A DNA stretch of 64,000 bases from Polyangiaceae bacterium (GTDB lineage Bacteria > Myxococcota_A > Polyangia > Polyangiales > Polyangiaceae), in the NCBI GenBank assembly GCA_044376115.1, contig JBILLK010000005.1, positions 96,001-160,000 on the forward strand. Reading direction: 5' to 3'. Each line of letters starts with the position of its first letter. The stretch's first letter is position 1. Below, piece by piece: positions 37,007-47,017 of this stretch. Below the pieces are notes generated by a model. The model was given only the letters and a program-made list of their open reading frames with translations. It did no database searches and was not told the origin of the DNA. The translations under genes were made by a program, and so were the position numbers.

Positions 37007-39973
37007 ATGCGCCTTTCTCTGGCTTTGGGCATCGCTCCCGTTTTTCTGCTTCTTGCGGCGGAGGCACAGGCTGAGGAAACGGTTCTGCTTCAAGCCATAA
37101 GAGATGCCAGCATTTACGCCGAGTCCGGGACCCAGGCGAACGGCATGGGTGACGGCATCTTTACCGGGGAAACGAACAACACATTCGTTCGGCGCGGGAT
37201 GATCGCGTTCAACGTGGCGGGAGCAATCCCACCCGCTTCCGAAATCCTCTCGGTCCAGCTTCGTATGCAGGTAACGCGGGTCAATGGCCCTCCCCTCAAT
37301 GTTGGATTGCACCGAGTCCTCGCCAACTGGGGCGAAGGTATGTCGATGCCAAGCGACGGTAACGGAGGTCAAGGTACCGCCGCTGTGATGGGCGATACCA
37401 CGTGGCTGCACCGCTTCTACGACACCCAGACGTGGGCAACGCCAGGGGGAGATTTTTCACCTATGGTATCCGGGGTAGCGCTTGCCGGAGACATCGACAC
37501 CCTAACAACCTGGAGTACCCCAGGAATGGTGACGGATGTACAAGCTTGGCTTGATACCCCCGCACAGAACTTCGGCTGGATGTTGGTTGCACAGACAGTT
37601 GGGGCCGGCCAGGCGAGGCGCTTTGCAAGCCGAGAATTCGCCGATGCAGCGTTGCGACCAGTACTGGAGGTCACGTTCGAACCTGCGGGACCCACGGGCG
37701 CGTGTTGCGTAGCCGATGGCACCTGCACAACCGCGCTGGACCCGGGCGACGGATGTACCGGCACCTATCAGGGGACCGGCACGACTTGTGGAACAGTCTC
37801 CTGCCCCCAGCCAGCCGGTGCTTGTTGTATCGCCGATGCAGACGCTACTTGTATATCGCTGACAGCGCTGGATTGCGAAGCCCAATCGGGTACGTGGCAG
37901 GGGGCGTTTGTCGGTTGCGCAACCAATCTCTGTCCGGTCGTCCCCACTCCCTTCTTGGACCCTCTGCCGATCCCGCGCGTTGCCGACCCTATCGTTGGAA
38001 TGCCAGGCGAGCAGGCTAGTTACGACATCTCCTTCGTACAGTTCGAACAGCAGCTTCACAGCGAGCTGCCACCCACGACTGTATGGGGCTTTGATGACGG
38101 TGCAGGGCCCACCTATCCGGGGCCAACGATTGAAGCTCTCGCAAACGAGCAGGTGGACGTCAATTGGATCAACGACTTCCGAGACTCTAACGGTCAATTC
38201 CTCCAAACCCACGCCTTACCCGTGGATTTGTGCTCTCACGGAGCAATGGACGAGGCTCGGGCGGTGATGCACCTGCACGGAGCTCACGTCGCAGCTGCCT
38301 ATGATGGTCAGCCGATGCTCACGATTCTCCCGGGGGAAAGCTCGGTCTACGAGTACCCAAACAATCAGCACGGGGCCACACTCTGGTACCACGACCACTC
38401 GTTGGGGACGACGCGGCTTGGCGTTCAAATGGGATTGGCTGGCTTCTACCTGCTACGCAACCCAGGGGACGCAGCGCTCAACCTGCCCTCTGGAAACTAC
38501 GAAATCCCGATGGCGATCCAGGACCGATCGTTCAATGTCGATGGCTCTTTCCGCTATCCGGCAGCCCTCGAGGAGCACGTGGTCGGTAATACGATATTGG
38601 TTAATGGCAAGGTGTGGCCGTTCCTGAACGTCGATCGTGGCAAGTATCGATTCCGTTGGTTGAATGGTTCTGGTTCACGCGCCTATCGACTGAAGCTATC
38701 GAACGGAGCGGGATTCTCTCAGATCGGTTCGGACGGCGGTTTCCTTGCAGCGCCCGTGCCCGTTTCTGAGGTGTTGATGCTTCCCGGTGAACGAATGGAC
38801 GTCGTCATCGACTTTGCTGCGTACCCCCCGGGGACCATCATTGACCTCATCAACGACGCCCCCGCTGTCTACCCTGGCGCTATGACGATGGACGATGTCC
38901 CCAACGTTCTTCGATTCATTGTGCAACCTGCGATGGGTCACACAGCGCCGTTGCCCGCATTTCTTGAGCCTGTCGAGCTTCCGACCGAGCAAGACTCAGT
39001 CATGACGCGCACGTTCGAGATGTCCAGAATGGCAAGCCCGTGCGCAAGTGGCATGTGGACGATCAACGGACTCGGCTATGACACAATTACAGAGGAGCCT
39101 CAGCTCGGCACCTCCGAGATCTGGAGATTCGTAAATAAGTCGGGGCTCGCGCACCCGATGCACATCCACCTCGTGATGTTCAGGGTGTTGGACAGGCAAC
39201 CCTTTACCCTCGTTAACGGCCAAGTGCAGACCGTCGGGCCTGCGGTTCCACCAATCCCAACCGAGGCTGGCTACAAAGATACTGTTCGCGTGGAGCCCAA
39301 TGAGATCGTGCGCGTGGTCGCGACGTTTGAGAACTACGTCGGCAACTATGCGTACCACTGCCACATTCTCGAGCACGAGGACAACGAGATGATGCGGCAG
39401 TTCACCACGCAGACAACCTGCGGTGACGGCGCTTTGGGCATGCCTGATGAGCTATGCGATGACGGCAACTTTGACCTTCAGGACTCGTGTCCCGATGGGA
39501 TTGATGAAGGGTGTCAGCCAGCACGTTGCGGCGACGGATTTCGCTGGAACACGGATGGCGGGACTGAAGAGTGTGACGAAGGTGGCGAAACACAGTTTTG
39601 CGATGCGAACTGCACTCAAGTTTTCTGCGGCGACGGTGATCTCAACGTCTTGGCAGGGGAACAGTGCGATGACTCCAACACAGACCCGGGAGACGGTTGC
39701 TCACCCCTGTGTCAGACGGAAGCTGTGGAGTCGGGCGGTGGAGGGGCGGGCGGCGGAACGGCCGAAGGGGGAGGCGTTTCGAGCGGTGGAACTGGCGGGA
39801 CGGGGGCCGCTGGCGGAGCTGGTGGCTCAGGAGGAGGCGACATACCAGTCCCCGAAGGCTGTGCCTGCTCGACGCCCTCTCGGTCCGGGGAGGATCGAGC
39901 AAGCTTGCTGGCGTTAGCGATTGCTGTTGCGGCGTACGGCACTAGACGCCGGCTTGCTCGTCTCGCCTCCTAG
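37007..39973 (+). CDS. Secreted multicopper oxidase (CotA/bilirubin oxidase-like) with DNRLRE-like N-domain, Cys-rich repeats and MYXO-CTERM-like anchor
   Basis: HLHG, WYHDH, HPMHIH, HCHILEHEDNEMM; CGDG...E.CDD repeats; Gly-rich linker, GCAC, TM segment, RRR. Confidence 0.92.
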   Translation: MRLSLALGIAPVFLLLAAEAQAEETVLLQAIRDASIYAESGTQANGMGDGIFTGETNNTFVRRGMIAFNVAGAIPPASEILSVQLRMQVTRVNGPPLNVGLHRVLANWGEGMSMPSDGNGGQGTAAVMGDTTWLHRFYDTQTWATPGGDFSPMVSGVALAGDIDTLTTWSTPGMVTDVQAWLDTPAQNFGWMLVAQTVGAGQARRFASREFADAALRPVLEVTFEPAGPTGACCVADGTCTTALDPGDGCTGTYQGTGTTCGTVSCPQPAGACCIADADATCISLTALDCEAQSGTWQGAFVGCATNLCPVVPTPFLDPLPIPRVADPIVGMPGEQASYDISFVQFEQQLHSELPPTTVWGFDDGAGPTYPGPTIEALANEQVDVNWINDFRDSNGQFLQTHALPVDLCSHGAMDEARAVMHLHGAHVAAAYDGQPMLTILPGESSVYEYPNNQHGATLWYHDHSLGTTRLGVQMGLAGFYLLRNPGDAALNLPSGNYEIPMAIQDRSFNVDGSFRYPAALEEHVVGNTILVNGKVWPFLNVDRGKYRFRWLNGSGSRAYRLKLSNGAGFSQIGSDGGFLAAPVPVSEVLMLPGERMDVVIDFAAYPPGTIIDLINDAPAVYPGAMTMDDVPNVLRFIVQPAMGHTAPLPAFLEPVELPTEQDSVMTRTFEMSRMASPCASGMWTINGLGYDTITEEPQLGTSEIWRFVNKSGLAHPMHIHLVMFRVLDRQPFTLVNGQVQTVGPAVPPIPTEAGYKDTVRVEPNEIVRVVATFENYVGNYAYHCHILEHEDNEMMRQFTTQTTCGDGALGMPDELCDDGNFDLQDSCPDGIDEGCQPARCGDGFRWNTDGGTEECDEGGETQFCDANCTQVFCGDGDLNVLAGEQCDDSNTDPGDGCSPLCQTEAVESGGGGAGGGTAEGGGVSSGGTGGTGAAGGAGGSGGGDIPVPEGCACSTPSRSGEDRASLLALAIAVAAYGTRRRLARLAS

Positions 39974-40000
39974 TGCCCCTCGCTTCGAAGCGGGCGCGGC

Positions 40001-43000
40001 TTAACCTAGGAGCGTGCCCGCGAGGTCGAAGGTTCGTCGGTTCTCTTCAACTTGCTCCAGAAAGCTTCTCCGCCAATGTTCCTGGTGGATAGCACTGGCT
40101 CGCGCGAGGAGCCTTTCCTTACCCGCGAGGATAGCTTTGTAAGCAAGCTCGCGGTTTCCTGAGGCAGCGGTAACCTCCGCAAAAACAAGCCGTACGTAGG
40201 CTTCTCCTTCATCGAGTTTACCAGTTACTTCAAGCGCGCTAAGGGCGTTCGCTGCGTGGCGCAGAGCGTCTTCATGATGTCCTCGAGCGAGCAGAACCCG
40301 GGCTCGTGTAGCTCTCGCGGAAGGTTGAAGCGTGGGGACCGCTTCCAACAGCTCAACTGCGAGTTCGCTTTCTCGGTCAGCCTCCGCGAATTGACCCAAT
40401 CGGAGTAGCGCACGGGCTAGATAGTTACGCGTGTTACCCTCCATCCGCTTGTTGCCTTGTATTGCAAACTCGGCGTTCGTTCGATGAAACACTAGGAGTG
40501 CTTGCTCGAACTTTCCAAGTCGTGCGAGCGCCGCTCCAATATTCGAATCTGCAGCGCCAATCACATGGCGGAGCTGCAGCGTTACCGCAAGAGTGCGCGC
40601 ATTACCTAGGATCGCAAGGGATTCTTCATAGAGTCCGAGTTCAGCATGGGCAAAGCCAAGGTTCACCTTCTCCGATGCAACGTTGCGATAGTCCCCCGCC
40701 GCCTCGAATGCAGTTACCGACATATCGAGCTGCGTTAGGTAGTCTCCAGTATTGCCCGTGAGCAGAGCGTGTGTGGCGTGTGCGCGGTAGCCCCATGCCC
40801 ACTTTGCTGGGTCTTCCGCAAAAGGCCCGATGTGCTGCATCGCGACGCGCAAGATGGTATCGGCTGCGCCGTCTTTGCCAGCGAAGAACAAGTAGTGTGC
40901 CGCTCGCGCCGCGTCAGCGGGTAAGTCTCGAAGCGTAGTTGTCTCGAGCAACGCGCTCAACTCATCAACGAGCTCTGACTTTCCAAGGCGAATAGAGGCA
41001 AGCACAGTGTTGGCGTAGGCGATCCACCACGTTGGACTAAAAGGAACCAACAATGCTAGGGCCTCGTGTGCGCGCGCGAACAACTGCGCATTCTCGCCAA
41101 GGTGGCGATGGGCCTCCGCCAGTAGGATGCAGAGCCTTCCGCGTAAAGACCCCTCTGCGCGTAGCGAGAGTCCACGATTCGCGCGCTCAATTACGGCCCT
41201 GAGGTCGTTTGCTTCGAGTGCGACCTCCGCGGCGCGCGCGTACCAGCTTATTGCCTTCTCTCCCTGACTACTTTTTTCGCGGTGGTGGGCAACCAGCACC
41301 GCCTCTCGCGTGGAGCCATACTCTTCCAGCCAGTCCGCGGCCAAGCGATGGCCCAACCGTCGATCTTCTTCGGTGAGGCTCTCATAGGCGGCTTCCCTAA
41401 TGGTTGCAGAACGGAAGCTGAATACCGAAGCAGCGTTTGATGGGGCAGTGACAGAGAGGAGCTCCGAGCGAACCATTCGCTCGAGGTAATTCTCGACTTC
41501 ATCGGAACGGTCACCAACCAACGCCTTCACCGCGCTGAGCGAGAAGGAGTCTTCAAGGATCGAACATGCGCGGAGCACTCTGCGCGCGTCGGGGGGGAGG
41601 GCTTCGAGGCGAACCTGAACCATGCCCATTACTGTTTCTGGGAGTTTGCCGTCGCGGCCTTCGTGAAAGGCACGTACCAGCTCCTCAAGGTGGAGCGCGT
41701 TGCCCGCCGCTTCGGTAATGATGCGTTCGATTGCGTCACTATCAGCGTTTTCGAGGGCCTGCTCTATAAGTTTGCGGGCGGAAACCGGAGATAGTGGTTG
41801 AAGGGCTAGCGTCAGCAAAGCATGGTTTTGCCACAGATCCGGGAACACACTGTCGACTTCGGGTCGCGCAAGACCAATGATGAGTAGCGGGCTGTTGCGA
41901 AAGTTCTTTAGTGCACTGTCGATTAGCGCCACCGAGGCTGGATCAGAGTGGTGGATGTCGTCTATTGCCAGAACTAAGGGTCCTGCTGCGAGCTCGGCCT
42001 GCAAGAAGTCGCCGAACGCTGCTCGGATATGGTCTCCAAGCCGAATCGGATCCTCTCGTACGATCGGTAGTAGCGGGTGCGCCTCGCCATCGAACCGTAC
42101 GCCCAAGAGTTCACCTAGAAAGCTCGCAACTCGGTCGAGGTGACTAGACGTGAGGTTTCTCCCCACGCGGGCTCGAACTCTCTGCCGCATCGCCGTCTGG
42201 GATTCATTGTCCACCAGTCCAATCAAAACAGAGAGAAGGCGAGCTGCCACCCTTAGGGGTACATGCCTATCTGCAGTATGCGCACGCGCCCAAGCAACCG
42301 TTGCTCCGCTTTGGGCAACTAGCGTACTAACCATTTCACTCGCGAGGCGCGACTTGCCGACTCCCGCAGGCGCGAGGATAAGTAAAGCTTGCGAGCACTG
42401 GTGGACCGCGCTTGTGGCTAAGACGTCTGATACCCGCTCAATCTCACGCTCACGGCCCACGAACGTGGAAGCCCGACCAAGCAGCGTGCCCGCTTCTAGG
42501 AGAGTCGACTCCGCGAGTACCTGAAAGTTTCCGAGTCGAGCAGCGACGTCGAATCGCTGATCGAGTAGACCCGCCGTAACCCCATCAACCAAAACGCCGA
42601 CTTCTTCGCTCGTAGCGTCAACGGCCTGGTTCAGGGCTTGGTTTAACATCTTGACCCCCCGGTCAATCACTTCACCCACTGGGAAACCACCTGTGAGGTC
42701 CGCTCGCCCCGTCGCCAGGACAACGAGGCTGGAGGGCAATGTCCTACGGATCGCGAGCGCACAGCGGGCGGCGCGGGCGGCCTGCTCTATCGGGACTCCG
42801 GAGCCAGGCATGGTAACGACAATCGTCCCGTCAATGAGTCGTTCGGCCCATCCGCCGTGAGCCATGACGTCCGCGTAGAACAATTCGTTCTCCTGGCCGC
42901 CGGAGGGAGATACCTGGGTAACCTCAGTTGTCCGGAGGCGCTCTGCCGGAGACTCTGGAACGTTGCCTACGAACAGAACGCTGAGAAGCTTGCGCTCATG

Positions 43001-43873
43001 CGTTGTGAGGGAGGTCGAGGTATGCGATTGGGGCTCCGCCGAAGGATGTCCCAATGCGCTACGTGCGAACTCCAAGCGTTCAAAGACTGCTGAACCATCA
43101 GGCGGACGGGAGTCAGGCTCCTTGGCCAACATGTCGTCGATCAACTGAGCCAGCGCAGCTGGCGCGGAGGGCGCCCGGTCGGCGAGTTTGGGCGCATCTT
43201 CCAACAGGATCTTCGCCATCACCGCCAACGGATGGTCGGCCCAAAACGGCGGCTTACCTGACAGACACTCAAAAAGCACGCAACCAAGCGAGAACACGTC
43301 GGCCGCGCTCGTGACTCCTGCTCCCTTCGCTTGCTCGGGCGCCATATACGCCGGAGTTCCAAGCGCTTCGCCGTGCTTGGTCAGGCGAGGGCCTACGTTG
43401 GAACGTGCAATGCCAAAGTCCAATAGCTTTGGATGGCTAGGGGACCCCCGTTGAAGGAATATGTTGGCGGGCTTTATGTCGCGATGAATCACTCCGGCTC
43501 GATGGGCTGCTCCCAGCGCGGTCGCTAGCACTGTCGCCAGCTCAAGGGTCTCGAGAGGAGAGAGCGTTCCTTGCGCGAGCGCTTGCGACAAATCCTTTCC
43601 GTCTAACCACTCCATAGCGAGATAACGCGTGCCCTTGAAGACTCCGCTCGCGATATGCTCGACAATAGCCGGGTGAGAAAGACCAGCGAGGAGCTTAGCC
43701 TCGCGGTCAAAGCGCTCAATCGCCTCATCGCGGCCAGTAAAGAACTTGAGGGCCACGGGCGTGTGGGTGGCTCGATCCAAAGCACGGTAGACGATACTCA
43801 TGCCCCCTCGGCCGACGAAGCTCTCGACGACGAACCTGTCGACCAGGGTCAAGCCAGGCTCGAGGAACTTCAC
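40001..43873 (-). CDS. Ser/Thr kinase - degenerate cyclase-like - STAND/AAA ATPase - TPR protein
   Basis: GRGGM, VALK, HRDIKPAN, DFG, APE; FVGRERE, PAGVGKS, IDDIH; TPR-like C-terminus. Confidence 0.92.
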   Translation of the reverse strand: MKFLEPGLTLVDRFVVESFVGRGGMSIVYRALDRATHTPVALKFFTGRDEAIERFDREAKLLAGLSHPAIVEHIASGVFKGTRYLAMEWLDGKDLSQALAQGTLSPLETLELATVLATALGAAHRAGVIHRDIKPANIFLQRGSPSHPKLLDFGIARSNVGPRLTKHGEALGTPAYMAPEQAKGAGVTSAADVFSLGCVLFECLSGKPPFWADHPLAVMAKILLEDAPKLADRAPSAPAALAQLIDDMLAKEPDSRPPDGSAVFERLEFARSALGHPSAEPQSHTSTSLTTHERKLLSVLFVGNVPESPAERLRTTEVTQVSPSGGQENELFYADVMAHGGWAERLIDGTIVVTMPGSGVPIEQAARAARCALAIRRTLPSSLVVLATGRADLTGGFPVGEVIDRGVKMLNQALNQAVDATSEEVGVLVDGVTAGLLDQRFDVAARLGNFQVLAESTLLEAGTLLGRASTFVGREREIERVSDVLATSAVHQCSQALLILAPAGVGKSRLASEMVSTLVAQSGATVAWARAHTADRHVPLRVAARLLSVLIGLVDNESQTAMRQRVRARVGRNLTSSHLDRVASFLGELLGVRFDGEAHPLLPIVREDPIRLGDHIRAAFGDFLQAELAAGPLVLAIDDIHHSDPASVALIDSALKNFRNSPLLIIGLARPEVDSVFPDLWQNHALLTLALQPLSPVSARKLIEQALENADSDAIERIITEAAGNALHLEELVRAFHEGRDGKLPETVMGMVQVRLEALPPDARRVLRACSILEDSFSLSAVKALVGDRSDEVENYLERMVRSELLSVTAPSNAASVFSFRSATIREAAYESLTEEDRRLGHRLAADWLEEYGSTREAVLVAHHREKSSQGEKAISWYARAAEVALEANDLRAVIERANRGLSLRAEGSLRGRLCILLAEAHRHLGENAQLFARAHEALALLVPFSPTWWIAYANTVLASIRLGKSELVDELSALLETTTLRDLPADAARAAHYLFFAGKDGAADTILRVAMQHIGPFAEDPAKWAWGYRAHATHALLTGNTGDYLTQLDMSVTAFEAAGDYRNVASEKVNLGFAHAELGLYEESLAILGNARTLAVTLQLRHVIGAADSNIGAALARLGKFEQALLVFHRTNAEFAIQGNKRMEGNTRNYLARALLRLGQFAEADRESELAVELLEAVPTLQPSARATRARVLLARGHHEDALRHAANALSALEVTGKLDEGEAYVRLVFAEVTAASGNRELAYKAILAGKERLLARASAIHQEHWRRSFLEQVEENRRTFDLAGTLLG

Positions 43874-45027
43874 GTGTGGACCGCGTATCGCGAGAGAAAC
43901 GTGGCGAGCGCCAATGCCTTTGGAACGAGGCTCGAAATGGCTGCGTTCTCGTCCTTCGTGTGAAAGCCTGTTCCGCGAGGCCCTAGCCCATCAATCGAGG
44001 CGATTCCGATGGCCGACGTCGTGCTGGCATCTGAGCCGCCCGAGATCAAACCGGACTCCTGGCTACCGAGGCCCGCCTTCGCTGCCTCCGCTGCATACCG
44101 TTCAAAGAGTGAGGCGCTCGCCTCTGTTCGTTCAAGAGGCAGCCGGCCTTTGCCTCCGCTGACGACCAGCTTTGCCCCCGGAACAAGTACCTCGGCTTGT
44201 CGCGCGGCGCGGAGTAAAGCCTGCTCTGCGTTGTCCGCTTCCGCTGTTGTGGTGAAACGAAAGTCAACCTCCACTTCGCAAACGTCGGGGACAGTGTTCT
44301 TCGCCTCTCCACCCTTGATCGTGCCGACGTTTACCGTAGTTCCAAGATCGTAGTTTGTAATGGCCTGAGCAGCGATGACGAAGTGCGCCATGGCGCTAAT
44401 AGCATTAACGCCGTCCTTGTGACCATTCGCGGCGTGCGCGGCTCGGCCTTCAGCCCTGACTTTGAGAGAGCCAGTTCCCTTGCGCCGCGTAATGACCCTG
44501 TCCTCCGCTCGCCCCGCCTCAAACACTAGGGCGGCGGAAGCGCCACGTGCGTGTTGCTCAATAAAGGCGCGTCCCTCCGGTGATCCAACCTCCTCATCCC
44601 CCACGAGCACCACCTTCACGTTGGGCTGCAGACCTTCTACTGCGAAGAGGCTCCGAACCGCCTCCAGCATGATCACGATCCCGCCTTTCATGTCGAGGAC
44701 TCCGGGGCCCCGTATCAGGTCGCCCTCCCGTGAGAATCCCTCGAACGTGCCAACGGGGAACACGGTGTCGATATGTCCCACGAGCACGACAAACCCTGGT
44801 TTGACGCCTGGCGTTGAAAACACCAAGTGGTCCGCGAATCGCTCGCTGGACTGGGAGTTCACTGTGAGGCCGAGTGCAACGGCCTCCGCGACGAGGCGCC
44901 GACCGACGGCGTCCCCACCCGCCTTGTTTGCTGTGTGGGAGTTCTGCCGAACTAGCTCCTCGATGAGGTTGAGCATCGGCTCAGTTCGAGCCGAAAGTAC
45001 AGCGGCGAGGGTGGCGTCGGAGGTCAT
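43870..45027 (-). CDS. M20 family metallopeptidase (carboxypeptidase G2/ArgE-like)
   Basis: GHIDTV, DMKGG, DEEVGS, GGSDA, terminal H. Confidence 0.92.
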   Translation of the reverse strand: MTSDATLAAVLSARTEPMLNLIEELVRQNSHTANKAGGDAVGRRLVAEAVALGLTVNSQSSERFADHLVFSTPGVKPGFVVLVGHIDTVFPVGTFEGFSREGDLIRGPGVLDMKGGIVIMLEAVRSLFAVEGLQPNVKVVLVGDEEVGSPEGRAFIEQHARGASAALVFEAGRAEDRVITRRKGTGSLKVRAEGRAAHAANGHKDGVNAISAMAHFVIAAQAITNYDLGTTVNVGTIKGGEAKNTVPDVCEVEVDFRFTTTAEADNAEQALLRAARQAEVLVPGAKLVVSGGKGRLPLERTEASASLFERYAAEAAKAGLGSQESGLISGGSDASTTSAIGIASIDGLGPRGTGFHTKDENAAISSLVPKALALATFLSRYAVHT

Positions 45028-45135
45028 GCCCAGAGTTTAGCTGGTCCCGTTGCGCGACGCGCAAGGTTCATTGGCCGTGACCATCTACATCAAGCCGCCA
45101 TACCTCCACGCCCCGCGCAATGCTAAGAGGGAGCC

Positions 45136-46185
45136 ATGTCACGGTACAAAGCAGCTGTTCTAGGTGGGAGTGGTTACGGCGCGGCCGAGATGATCCGAAG
45201 GCTCCTCCTCCATCCGGAGGTGGAGCTATGCCGCGTTGCTTCGATCGACTTCGTTGGCCAGTCGTTAGCAGATGCTCATCCTCATCTCGAAGGATTGACC
45301 GACTTGCGTTTTGAGAACCTATCCGCGGCCGATGCTGCACGCGGGATGGACGTAGTGTTGCTCGGGCTACCTCATAAAGTGAGCGCCGCCGCGGTGCCCC
45401 CAATCCTCGAATGCGGGGCAAAGGTCGTGGACCTGTCGGGCGACTATCGTCTCAAAGATGTCGCGAGCTACGAGGCGTTCTACGGCGGAAAGCACCCCCA
45501 CCCAGAACTCCTCGCAAAAGCGGTTTATGGACTACCCGAATTCAACCGCGAACAGATTCGAGCTGCGTCGCTTGTGGCCTCTCCCGGGTGTTTTGCGACC
45601 GCCATCCAACTTGGCCTGCTTCCGCTCGCAAGAAAAGGTTTGCTCAAGCACGCAGTCGAGACGGTTGGTATCACCGGCTCTAGCGGGAGTGGCGCCGCAC
45701 CTCAAGCCGGGACCCATCACCCAATCCGCGCTGTCAATCTTCGAACGTACAAGCCCCTCAAGCATCAGCACGTCCCAGAGATTCTCGAGTCGCTGGCCGC
45801 ACACGGTGCTCCTGCTACGCAGATGCACTTCGTCCCGGTAAGCGCCCCCTTATCCCGGGGAATATTCGTCACTAGTTTTACTGTCGTCGATGCCTCTGTT
45901 GATAAGGACATGGTGGCGCAAGCTTTTCGGGATTCCTATGAGAATGAGTCATTCGTTCGGGTGCCAAAGTCGCGCCTACCAGAAGTGGTCGCCGTCGCCG
46001 GGTCAAACTATGCAGAGGTTGGCTTTGAACTTGGTCCCAAGGAGGATGGTGGTCGCACGCTAGCTGTCTTCTCTGCAATCGATAATCTAATCAAAGGGGG
46101 GGCTGGGCAGGGTATTCAGAATATGAATATAGTGCTTGGGCTCGATGAGGGACTTACGCTTCGCGATTCCGGAGGATTTCCCTGA
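45136..46185 (+). CDS. argC: N-acetyl-gamma-glutamyl-phosphate reductase
   Basis: GGSGYG, DLSGDYRL, YGLPE, SPGCFAT, DNLIKGGAGQ. Confidence 0.95.
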   Translation: MSRYKAAVLGGSGYGAAEMIRRLLLHPEVELCRVASIDFVGQSLADAHPHLEGLTDLRFENLSAADAARGMDVVLLGLPHKVSAAAVPPILECGAKVVDLSGDYRLKDVASYEAFYGGKHPHPELLAKAVYGLPEFNREQIRAASLVASPGCFATAIQLGLLPLARKGLLKHAVETVGITGSSGSGAAPQAGTHHPIRAVNLRTYKPLKHQHVPEILESLAAHGAPATQMHFVPVSAPLSRGIFVTSFTVVDASVDKDMVAQAFRDSYENESFVRVPKSRLPEVVAVAGSNYAEVGFELGPKEDGGRTLAVFSAIDNLIKGGAGQGIQNMNIVLGLDEGLTLRDSGGFP

Positions 46186-47000
46186 TGCAGCAAACTATTG
46201 TGGTCAAGCTTGGCGGTGAAGTAATTGCCAGCCCAGAGCTAAGTGAGCTTGCCGCAGACCTCGCGAGTCTGGGTACAAGCGCACGTTTCGTCCTGATTCA
46301 TGGTGGAGGCCCTCAGGCGACGAAGTTGCAGGAAGCACTGGGCCAGACTCCAATCAAGATTGCTGGCCGTCGAGTGACAGACGCGGCCACGCTCGACGTC
46401 ATGAAGATGGTGCTCGCAGGTAAGCTCAACGTCGATCTCTGCGCTGCACTGATCAATGCGGGCGCTAAACCGGTAGGGCTTCATGGCGCCAGCGATAGAT
46501 TGATAGCCGCAGACCGGAGGCCCCCCCGGCTGTATTCGGGGGCTGGTTCTGAGCCCGTCGACCTCGGGTACGTTGGGGACGTAGTAAGCGTGAATACAGA
46601 GCTGCTCGAGTTGCTGCTGAACTCCGGGCGTATGCCAGTCCTCGCCTGCCTGGGCTGCGGCAGCGATGGTCAGGTGTTCAACATCAATGCAGATATAGTC
46701 GCCACTAAAGTCGCCGTAGCACTAGCAGCGACGAGTCTGGTGCTTATCTCCGACGTGCGCGGCGTTCTTCGGGATGTGAAGGACCCTTCGAGTCGAATTG
46801 CTCGTATGACCATTGAAGAGGGCCATGCATTGATTCAGTCTGGGGTGGTAAAAGAGGGAATGATCCCCAAGCTTGAAGAGTGCTTTGCCGCTGTCAGGGC
46901 CGGGGCTAGTCAGGTGCACATCGTGGGACGATTGACCAAAGGAGAACTGAGTCGTGAAATCACGGCGCCAGGCAGCATCGGGACAGTCGTAGTTGCTTAG
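46185..47000 (+). CDS. argB: Acetylglutamate kinase
   Basis: KLGG, HGGGPQ, RVTD, NINAD, GMIPK; coupled to argC. Confidence 0.94.
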   Translation: MQQTIVVKLGGEVIASPELSELAADLASLGTSARFVLIHGGGPQATKLQEALGQTPIKIAGRRVTDAATLDVMKMVLAGKLNVDLCAALINAGAKPVGLHGASDRLIAADRRPPRLYSGAGSEPVDLGYVGDVVSVNTELLELLLNSGRMPVLACLGCGSDGQVFNINADIVATKVAVALAATSLVLISDVRGVLRDVKDPSSRIARMTIEEGHALIQSGVVKEGMIPKLEECFAAVRAGASQVHIVGRLTKGELSREITAPGSIGTVVVA

Positions 47001-47017
47001 CGTCCGAGCGGCGCGCT

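Noticed and set aside
39981..39992. Palindrome CGCTTCGAAGCG between convergent genes
   Set aside because: Short and lacks a U-tract; could be chance.
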